From positions 1 through 64,000 of the forward strand of contig JALJEE010000748.1 of NCBI GenBank assembly GCA_023231475.1: a DNA stretch of 64,000 bases, given 5' to 3'. The DNA comes from Seison nebaliae (lineage: Eukaryota). The position numbers and the translations under genes were made by a program. Of the stretch, positions 1-9,648 are shown piece after piece. Under the pieces are notes generated by a model. It searched no databases, had not been told where the DNA came from, and saw only the letters and a list, made by a program, of their open reading frames with translations. Every line of letters begins with the position of its first letter. The first letter of the stretch is position 1.

Positions 1-194
1 TCGCAATCGTTATTATATGCCTTCTCTCCGTTTATGTCGACTTCCTTATGATATGTCGATAAATGTCGTCTTAATAATGTTGTCGAATTATTCTTCTTCT
101 CAATTTTTTCCGCACAAATATTACAAACGGCGTAATGTTCATCTTCAATATCTTCTTCGAAATAATTCCAAGCGCAGCTGCGACGTGAAGGCAT
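1..194 (-). mobile_element. BED zinc finger N-terminus of a hAT-type transposase or ZBED protein; ORF runs off the window start
   Basis: ATG at 194 gives MPSRRSCAWNYFEEDIEDEHYAVCNICAEKIEKKNNSTTLLRRHLSTYH. This matches the BED pattern W.YF...CxxC...STT.L.RHL...H. Not in the ORF track because it has no stop inside the window. Confidence 0.8.
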
Positions 195-204
195 GTTGTG
201 TTAG

Positions 205-958
205 TTAATTACTTTCCAAATATTCTTGAAATGTATCCACGGTAGTTGAAGGTGAGAGGTTTGACACCATGATTCATCGGAGAATAGGTTTTTTCCTACG
301 AGATACTGCAGTGATCGACAGATTTTTATTGGAACCCATACATAACGGTTTCTTCGGTTCTCTTTTCTTTTCGATTATTTTTATTCCACGTGCGCATCCA
401 CGTTTTTTCAGTGCTTCAGCGAATGATTGAGGTAGACGATCCTTCTGCTGCGTAGTCGATGATTTTCTCTTGAGTATCCTATTTCCATTCTCCGGAACTT
501 TCGATTGCATTTGCGATTCGTCATTTGAGTCTTTATCTTCATTTTTATTCTTGGAGAGCTCGACATAGATTGATAAGTCGATGATCTTTTCCTTATTTTC
601 AGCAATCGACATAGAGCACGCTGAGAGAGAAGTCACTAGACGCTTATTCTCATCTTTCAACAGTTCGTTGTCTCTACGAACAATCGATATTTCATTTTTT
701 AACGACTCCATCTCTTCATATAATTTGACCAGAAGAACTTCTGGATCATCATACAACATTTGATAGAGACCCCTCTTTTTATTGGTCGATCGGGTAATTC
801 TTGGAGAAGGTTGCGATTCCTCCGCCAGAGATTTATCTTGTCCCTACGGAGTCGTACGATGCTTTTCATCCCCAGTATTATTAACTGATGGTGGTGGGGC
901 ATTTCCTTTGGCTCCAGCAGAATTTTGTAGGCGAGTTATTTTTATTAATCTTCGGCAT
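205..958 (-). pseudogene. Decayed non-LTR retrotransposon ORF1-like sequence (coiled coil followed by an RRM-like motif)
   Basis: ORF 274-759 is coiled-coil-like (EEMESLKNEISIVRRDNELLKDENKRL) and is followed by SFAEALKK. Past a TGA the same frame continues IMVSNLSPSTTVDTFQEYL, resembling the LINE ORF1 motif 'FVSRL.P.TT..D...YL'. Upstream there is an in-frame TAG and a frameshift relative to ATG 958. Confidence 0.55.
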
Positions 959-1744
959 GTCAAAAATTAGATAGATAGATAGATAGATTAGATATCGATA
1001 ATTCAAAATTTTTATTGATTTTTTGCAATTCGACGATTTTCTCCTCATACAGTAGATAAGTTTCTCTCATTTCTTATTGATCGTACTCTGGTGAAAAAAA
1101 TTTTTCTCGAAGACAATCGCCAGTCCACCTCTTCGTGTTGTTACATATTTCACCGTTTCACGATCATTTTGAATAATTTCGGGAAATTCAATTGGCGGAA
1201 GGAAACATGCGGCCGTATGATCCATAATATTTAGACAAATAATGAACCTTGTAGTGAATTTAGAAGGGCGTGAGTTTTCCTCATTTGAAGATATTCTTTT
1301 ACAAACTTACAAGAAGAAACTTACAAACAAATTCTGTTAACATGTTCGATTGATTGATAATTTTCATCTGAAAAATTTTGAACTTTCGAACCATTGGTTG
1401 TTCTTAATTTTTGATAATGATGCAAACTTAAGAGAAATTCAAATTCCATTCTTACATTAATACTTTAAAGTATATATACTTAAAGGCATTAAAGGCAATA
1501 TATTGCCTCATATATTGAAATAAATTTCAAAGGCTGATGTTGTTCCATGAGTGGCGTATATCTTTTTATATGAACGAAGAAGGGAGAATAAAGTATATTT
1601 TATAAGAAAAACGTTTTATTAAAAAAGCTTGATTTTTCTTTTTGTTACAGGAACTCTTCAATGTTAAAAGTGAAAATGTTCATTTTTCCGATATGATTTG
1701 TTGAATAATTGTAAATAATAAGCCTATAGACTTTGCAATGTCTA

Positions 1745-1937
1745 TGGACATTGTTTATAGACATAAACCGTTTTCAGGTTTTTTGATGAAGTTGCGAGGA
1801 TGACTATATCATCAGCATATGCAAGAACTGCGGGATTATTATAATTTCCCAATGAAAAAGAGAATCGGTTATTTCAAGGAATTATTACATCGTCAAGTAT
1901 TTTCCCAAATATCCAAAGGTCGAGGATGGAACCGTGA
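1745..1937 (-). mobile_element. LINE-type reverse transcriptase fragment (pseudogenised)
   Basis: Translates HGSILDLWIFGKILDDVIIP*NNRFSFSLGNYNNPAVLAYADDIVILATSSKNLK. This contains a QGS-like motif and the catalytic YADD (1808-1819), with internal stops. Confidence 0.8.
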
Positions 1938-1989
1938 CTATTATTAATTATTTTATCCGTTAACTAACATCAGTCAAAAAATTTCAATA

Positions 1990-2301
1990 ATGAGCCAAAG
2001 TATGAGTACATCCGATTCTATCTGTCTTCCCGATAAAAATAATAATCCTCCAAAGGTTATTAAAGAATCTGATAGCAAGAAACCAAGAGGAAGACCTCGT
2101 GGAGTGAGGAAGAATAACAACAATACACCAACCTCCCGAAAAAGAATTTGGTTGGATGAAGAAGATGAAAATAATTGCACAGTTCCGGGGACAGAACTTG
2201 TTGCAATAGAATTAAAATTAAACCTAATTCTCTCCGAAACAAAATTTCAGAACGAATGCTACAGTTATCTGAAAGCGTACAGTGCATTAACAATAAGTTA
2301 A
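1990..2301 (+). other. Short ORF with an AT-hook (KKPRGRPRG), probably transposon-derived
   Basis: ORF track 103 aa with a canonical PRGRP core. It lies between RT and MULE remnants. Confidence 0.35.
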
Positions 2302-2323
2302 GCGATAACATTTTGGAACAAGA

Positions 2324-3077
2324 TCATTTGTTCACAATGGTCAAATCCATTTTTGATAATAATGTTCTATCGAATAGTAAGTCGTCGGTAATTTCCCCAT
2401 CCTCTCGTCTTTTCAATAAATCTCGTAACGCCGTTTGTTTCATAATTTGAGTCTTACAAATTCGTCTTTGATATCCGTTGTCCATTTGACTCATTTTAAG
2501 ACGACTATAATCGTCGATTATCTTAACGTTCTCTACATAATCAAAGGGACAGTTGGTTTTTAAGTTTAGTGAATTGAGTGAGCTATTAAACGACTCCGAG
2601 AAATTGTTCGTTATTCCCGAGTTGTTTGATATATTTTCATAACAACTCCACATACTGATTGGGAAATTATTATTAATTAATTCACTTTTGCAGTTGATGC
2701 GTCCAATATAGTATTCTTCAAGATAATCGACGAACTCGGGTGATGACTGTTCCAACTGAATTGAAAAATTTTGAAAATGTTTGTAAATTGATTCCGGAGG
2801 AATGAAAGCTAATTTAAAGATATTTGATAAGTCCTGATGGATTGGTTTGCGATCTAAATGTGTGATTGTGCTCGTATTTTTCGCTCATTGCGATTGTTTC
2901 TTATTCATTCACTAACCTGCAAATCACAACTTTCTTACATTTTGATGACCTATTGAGACATCTACAGGTCATCGTTTCATTATCCTTCCACACATGATTT
3001 ACATTAAAAGAGAATTCGTCATATAATAATTGACGTTGATTCTTAGAAGATTTAATCCATTGGATTTGTTTACTCAT
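2324..3077 (-). mobile_element. Internally deleted Mutator-like (FLYWCH-MULE) transposase remnant
   Basis: The N-part MSKQIQWIKSSKNQRQLLYDEFSF...TCRCLNRSSKC is FLYWCH-like. The C-part LAFIPPESIYKHF...FVDYLEEYYIG...FPISMWSCY...TNNFSESFNSSLN matches the MULE C-terminal 'FP...W......TNN..E.....LN' block. The central DDE core is missing. Confidence 0.7.
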
Positions 3078-3669
3078 TTTACTTATCAATATAGGTAGTG
3101 CTAAAGCAAAATAACAGCTAATTATGCTAAGTTTCTTAAATTTTGAGGCGTTTTTCTTTCTCAATGAGAATTAAAATATTTAAAAATAGTTCGAACAACG
3201 AAATATTGTTTGGAACCATCCCAAAGTAACGAAAAAAAAATAAAATAAGTAACTTAAAAAAAATTTAAAGATTAAATTTGGAATTGGATCCAAAATTTTG
3301 GAATAATTTTAATGTCGAATAAGAAAATATCAAATATATCTACATAACTGCATTTTGTATACGGAGTCTAACAAATGGTCGGTCTACCAAATGACGTTTT
3401 CCCATTTTCTCCTAGATGTGGCAAGAAAATTTTTTAATTTAACTGCAACAGTTTTTGGAAGAATAATAAAGTACACGAAAATAAGATTTTAATTATAATA
3501 AATATATCAAATATATATTAAAAATTATATTAAAGAAAATATTATTCGCTAATCCCGCTTTTATAAAACGACACATATATGATATGCTTTTTTCATTTCA
3601 ACTGAAGTGACAGGTCGTAATTCAACTAAATTATTTATTTTAGCTCTTTTACCTGAATACTTTGAATAG

Positions 3670-3780
3670 CATGATGTGTATCCTGAAATTGCTCAAGATA
3701 TTTTGTTAATGGTACCTATTTCTTCAATGGAGCCAATACACCTGCGAAGTCGTTCATTTTCATCGACAATGAATCATTTT
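3670..3780 (+). mobile_element. Possible degenerate hAT C-terminal dimerisation-domain remnant
   Basis: Reads DVYPEIAQDILLMVPISSMEPIHLRSRSFSSTMN, loosely matching YP.LA...L.IP.SS...ERSFS. Confidence 0.3.
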
Positions 3781-4088
3781 TTCTCATTAACATCGATTGA
3801 ACTTCAAAGCGTATCTCTTTCAAATAAACATTGTCCAAAGTCATAAACCAAGTTTCGTACACAGTAACAAATTTTTACATCTCCGTTTTAATCGGTGCAT
3901 CTCCACATTCAGAACTTCAATGTTTTCTGGATATGTTCTGTTTTCTGGTATGAGCAATTGTTTGCTACACATCATCTAAATGTTCTCGTATATTTGTTGC
4001 GAATCGATGTTTTCAATCGATCATATGATGACGAAATATTGCTAATGACGTCGATTGAGTTATTCGAATATTATCGATCTTCTTTTTC

Positions 4089-4211
4089 GAATCCCGGAGC
4101 GGTATTCACCTTATGGGGGAATTCACCCTGTCACTCACCCTGGAAAACCGTTCCAGAAACTCAGAGAAACAGGGTTAATTCCCCCATAAGGTGAATACCG
4201 CCCCGGGATTC
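4089..4211. mobile_element. MITE / hairpin, 123 bp with 43-bp terminal inverted repeats
   Basis: 4089-4131 (gaatcccggagcggtattcaccttatgggggaattcaccctgt) is the reverse complement of 4169-4211 with 2 mismatches. It is a GC-rich island in AT-rich DNA. Confidence 0.85.
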
Positions 4212-4628
4212 ATCTAGTCTAGTTGTTGTGAGACAGAGAAACAAAACTAACAATTCCGACAGTATATCTCCGTCCGACATTTTGTTGTGAGTAAAATTCT
4301 TATAATAACTTCAGAGCTATTTCATTACCAGCTTAATGTTCTATAAATAACGAACTATTGAAAATTTTCATACAATTTAAATTTTATGAAATTGATAGCC
4401 TATACGTTGAACGTGGGATAATCATTCCTGGAAAATCAAGTTCAGATAAACAATTGATCAAGATACATGAAGATAATCTCAATCTGTAATTTTACCGAGA
4501 GCATTACCAAATTTAAAAGAATAGGCGAATCTTTTTGAATAGGAAACGAATATTTGTTCAAAGTAGAAATTGTTCAAAATTTAAGGTTACATTTATCTTC
4601 TAGCTCTCCCAATAATATTTTCATAAAA

Positions 4629-7523
4629 ATGCTTACCAAAAAGCAGAAAATTGACAGTTCATCTGGAGATATGGCAGGAAGTTTCTCTTCAATTCCCATT
4701 ACGAATTAAATGTTGATTTTCAGGTTGTTGTAATGTGGTGAATGATGTAGTGCCACACAGTTCTCTCGGATTAGTTATCGGGAAAGGCGGTTCGAATATT
4801 CGCGACTTGGAAGAACGATTCAATTGTCGCATTAATGTTAACTGAAAGAATTTTCTAAATTTTGAAGAGGTAAAAGTTTTGCTAATGTCAATTTTCTGCC
4901 AATTTACAGCTGGATAAAAATAATTCGACAGAAATGGGAGTTCCATTGAGAATTGCTGCAAAGGCGGAAAACGCACCAATCGAAGAAGCGGCGAAAGCAA
5001 TTCGTCAACAGATCGAAGAACAAACTGGAGTTAAATTCAGTAATAATTATCGTAATTCGAAAGCATTCGTTTATGGAAGGACATCCATCACTTCTTCAGA
5101 TGATCGACGAAAATGGAATTCAAATGATAAAGATGAGTGGAATGAGACTACTAGAAACAATAATTATGGTCGATCTGGAAATGATAGAAGGAATGGGAGA
5201 AGCGATAGGAATGATGATGATTTTGGAACAAATTGGAATAATTCCAGAAGAAATGATCATTATAAAGACAGGAATAATCGAAACGATAATGAGGGTTCAA
5301 AAAATTGGAATAATTGTAAAACTGATGACAATTGGAATAATTGTAAAACTGATGATAATTGGAATAATTCTAAAACTGATGACAATTGGAATAATTCTAA
5401 AATGGATGACAATTGGAATAATTCAAAGAAAAATGATGACAATTGGAATAATTCAAAGAAAACTGATGACAATTGGAATAATTCTAAAATGGATGACAAT
5501 TGGAATAATTCTAAAATGGATGACAATTGGAATAATTCAAAGAAAACTGATGACAATTGGGGAAATTCAAAAAATAATGACAATTGGGGAAATTCAAAAA
5601 AAACTGATAGTTGGCGTTCGAATAAAAATGATGATAATTGGGGTAATATTAGAGATAGTGGAAGAAATGAAAATTCCAATAATTGGAGTACAGCTTATAA
5701 GAAAAAAGAAGTGGAGAAAAGTGAAGGATGGAAGACTGATGGTGGTTGGTCGACAAATGATTGGAATAATTCTTCTAAGAATAATTTTAGTTTGAGAGAT
5801 GAAAAGAAAAATTATCGTAATGACAACAATTCGAAAAGTTCTTTTCATGAGAAGAAGGATGAAAGTTTTTATAATAGTTTCCCATCCAACGACAACGAGA
5901 ACAACAAAGATTTATTGAAATCATTAGAGAATAGTGATGGATCGATTGATTGGGGTGCGATTCGAGAGGAGATGAAAAAACCAGCTTCATTAGAACGATG
6001 GACGAATTATCAGAAAGAAATCATCAAAGATACATATCATATTCATGAAGAAGTGGAAAAGATGACAAGGGAAGATGTAGAAGAATTTCGAAAAGAAGCT
6101 CTCGATCTTATGGTTCTTGAAGGAAATGATTTACAATCAGCTTTACAACAAGGAACCACCGAAGATGGTCATGCCGTCGCCGATATTTCAAACATAAAAA
6201 TATCATCTGAATCATCTTATGAGAATGTAATGAAACCATGTAAAACATTCTATCATGCTTTCCATTCACAACCTCAAATTTTAGAGGAGATGATGAAAGC
6301 GAAATTTGAAAAACCATCACCGATTCAAAGCCAAGCATGGCCAATCGCTTTATCTGGTCGTGATTTCATTGGAATTGCTCAAACGGGAACAGGAAAAACT
6401 TTGGCTTTTCTCCTACCTGCCATGATTCATATTTGTGCTCAAACTCAACCGATAGCCGAACGATTAGGACCGAATATTCTCGTTCTTTCCCCAACTCGAG
6501 AATTGGCACAACAAATCGAACGAGAAATCGCCAAATATAGTTTTCAAGGAATTCGCAGTCTTTGCATTTATGGTGGAGGAGATCGAAGGAAACAAATCGA
6601 AATATGTCGACAAGGTGTCCAAGTGGTAATTGCGACTCCTGGTCGATTATGGGATTTACAATCCGCCAATCATATCGACGTAAAAAGTGTAACATTCCTC
6701 GTATTAGATGAAGCAGATCGATTATTAGATTTAGGATTTGAACCACAAATTCTAAAAATTCTTTTAGATATTCGTCCTGATCGACAAACAATTATGACAT
6801 CAGCTACTTGGCCTATCGGTGTACAACGATTGGCAAAGAAATATTTTACTAATCCTGTTTATATTCGTGTCGGTTCTTTAGAATTGTCTACCGTTAAAAC
6901 GGTCGAACAGAAAGTGATGTTAGTGAATGATGATGAGAAAGAAAGTGAAATTTTAAAATTATTACGAGAATTAATGAGACAAAATGAATCGATTCTCATA
7001 TTCTTTATGAAGAAAGTGACTTGTGATTTCCTCGCGGCTAAAATCGGAATGAAGGAAATTTATTGTGAAGTGATTCATGGTGGTCGAGATCAAATTGATC
7101 GAGAACAAGCGTTGGAGAACATGAGGAATGGTGATTGTAAATTATTGTTGGCGACTGATGTGGCAGCTCGTGGAATTGATATTCCAAATATCACGTTAAA
7201 TTTCATCAATTTTCCAAAATTATTTTTTTTAATTAAACATTTTTTTTTTCAGAGTTGTAATTAATTATGATTTTCCGAAAGATATGTCAGAATATGTACA
7301 TCGTGTGGGAAGAACCGGACGTGCTGGACGTAAAGGAACAGCAATTTCATTCTTCACCAAATACAATTGGTCGAAAGCGACAGAATTAATTCGAATGATG
7401 GAAGAACATGATCAATTAATTCCTGATTTCTTACGTTCCATGTCTCAGAGATTCATTAAACATCAAGAAGAGAATCCGAAAACGGATCGTTTTAATAATA
7501 ATCGTCGTCGAAATCGATATTAA
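4629..7523 (+). CDS. DDX43: KH-domain DEAD-box RNA helicase, DDX43/DDX53-like, ~906 aa, 4 exons (4629-4680, 4724-4836, 4910-7194, 7253-7523)
   Basis: Exon 2 encodes the KH motif [29 protein letters not shown]. The core has Q-motif [50 protein letters not shown] and [12 protein letters not shown]. Splicing restores [11 protein letters not shown]. Confidence 0.88.
5302..5645 (+). repeat. Coding tandem repeat, 27-30 nt unit, ~13 copies, encoding DDNW(N/G)NSK(K/M/T)
   Basis: gatgacaattggaataattc(t/a)aa... is repeated in frame between the KH and helicase domains. Confidence 0.95.
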
Positions 7524-7612
7524 TATAAGAATAATATTGTTGTTGTCGTTTTTGTTTTATTAATTAAAAATTTCATTGTTTGTTTGTTTCTTGAAAAATT
7601 TGGAAATTTCCT

Positions 7613-8615
7613 TTACAAATCCATATCGGTGAGAGCACTTATAATCGGTTGTTGGAGTAGTGCAGCTAATTCTATAGAAAGAGAATTTTTTATTTAATTT
7701 TTCATGTTTCTCATTAAACTTTTTATGGCGGTGTTTATTGCAGCTTTTGATGCTTCACCTAAAGCACTACGTCGATTGAATGGTGCAATCTTTGACAATT
7801 CGTTGATAATTTTCGAAACTTCTTTGACGATACCTTCAAAAAATTATTTGAATTTCTTTTTCTAATCATAATATGAACTTTGTACAGCAGCATTTGCTTG
7901 TGGTTGGATTGTTGATGCCAAATGATGGAGAGCAGCAAGATCACTAAATTTAAACTATAAAAATTTTCTTTATCTTAAACTGACTAACCGTTTGCCTAAG
8001 CCATTCGTAGCGATGTCATTTAAGAACTTTAAAGCGGTTGTCAAGAAACCTGTCAAATTGATGGTGAGTCAATCGCTAAATGAGGAAATAGAAACTGGCT
8101 TTGATGTTATTACCTAAATCAGTTAAGGTATCTCGTTGATCTTCTAAATCTCTAAAGAATAAAAATAAATTTTTGAATTTTCTCAATAGAAATTTAATGA
8201 ACCGTTTACCTAAACCGTTTGAAGCGATATCGTTCAAAATTTTCAATACTGAAGTTAAAACGGCTGAAATTAGAAATGTTAGTAATGGAAGAAAATTGAA
8301 AATTTATTAAAAATTATCAACTTTGTTTTACACCGTTAACTAAATTGGAAGTGATATCAGTAAAATCGGAGATAGCTCTCAAATCATCCGATTCGATGTC
8401 ACGTCGACCTAAAGTATCCAATTGGTAGCCAGCTAAAACATGTTGCAATGTATTTAATGCGGCTTATGAAACTAGATGGTGAATGAAGAATGAATAAACT
8501 AACAATGTAAACGATCTTTGAGGACATCTCTCAAATTCTGAATTGGGTCAGGTGTTAAAGGATTGGCATAAGTAAAGGCCACGAGGGCGAACAAGATGAT
8601 CATAAAAGATTTCAT
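7613..8615 (-). CDS. Secreted multi-peptide precursor, 222 aa, 8 exons (8615-8504, 8462-8322, 8263-8203, 8151-8096, 8049-7989, 7943-7879, 7833-7720, 7671-7613)
   Basis: Signal peptide MKSFMIILFALVAFTYA. Seven 41-58 nt GTT..AG introns give one open frame of 669 nt with processing sites LGRR, NGLGKR (twice) and FNRR. Exons 3 and 5 are paralogous 61-nt exons. Confidence 0.82.
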
Positions 8616-9648
8616 TTTCAAGTAAAAGGAAGAAAAGTAGTTGGGAGGTGTCGAATGAAATATCGGAGTTGATATGTAGAGGAATTTATGAACATATTCC
8701 TCCGGTAAACGAATGGTCAAATTCTCATAATCATTTTCTATTACACCTCTCCGTCATCCTCAACAAATTAGTGAAATTTGCGGAGGCAACTTCCTCCTAT
8801 TTCTTGGAGACGTGCAATAATTGAGGGACTGTCACTAATTTTCTCATTTGTCCAACTTTCTTATTCCATTCCTTTTATTTCTATTTTTGCTCTAAATCAT
8901 TTTTCAGTTCCTTTGCACGTATCAAGTCTTAATCAATTTATTTCATAAATTATTCAATTCTTAATATATAATTATTATCATTTCTCATTCGTCTACAACT
9001 TGTCAAATTTACTAGAATTACTCGATTATATAATTACAACTCACAAAACAGCGTGAAAGATATTCATCTGCATATTCTTCTTTTCACTTTATTCTCCTTC
9101 ATTGATTTTATCGATTGAAAATATCGATTAAATGAATAAATTAACTAATTTCCCTTATCAGTTTTTTTAGGATTTTTATGAAAATTAATTTTGAATAAAA
9201 CAGGAGAAGAGAATGGATAGATTGATTTATTTATAATAGTAGATATTGTATACGGGAAAGTATTTCATAATAATAATAGAAAGGAAAAAACGAGATTTAT
9301 AGATAGATCAATATATTGTTAAACATATCCATGTAAATAGATGATCAATTATACAAATTAAAATATGTCATTAACGAAATGAAGTTCAATAGACAAGAGA
9401 AAGAAAGAGAGAGAAAGAGAGAGAAATAAAATTTGTATTCGATTCATTCGTATCATTAGGTGAGATGGATATGGATCGAATCGGAATCAACCAATCTGTT
9501 TCATAAAATTTGGAGAGAAATCTGACAATTATTCTTGTCGATCGATATGAATTATACAGAAACAATTTACAAGAAAAATATACCACACACATACACGAGA
9601 GAATGAGGTGGAGAGAAGAGAATTATGGCAAAAAAAAATCGATTGACT

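Noticed and set aside
5302..5645. Regular ~28-nt repeats as a CRISPR array
   Set aside because: No unique spacers, unit lengths are multiples of 3 and in frame in a eukaryotic gene, and there are no cas genes.
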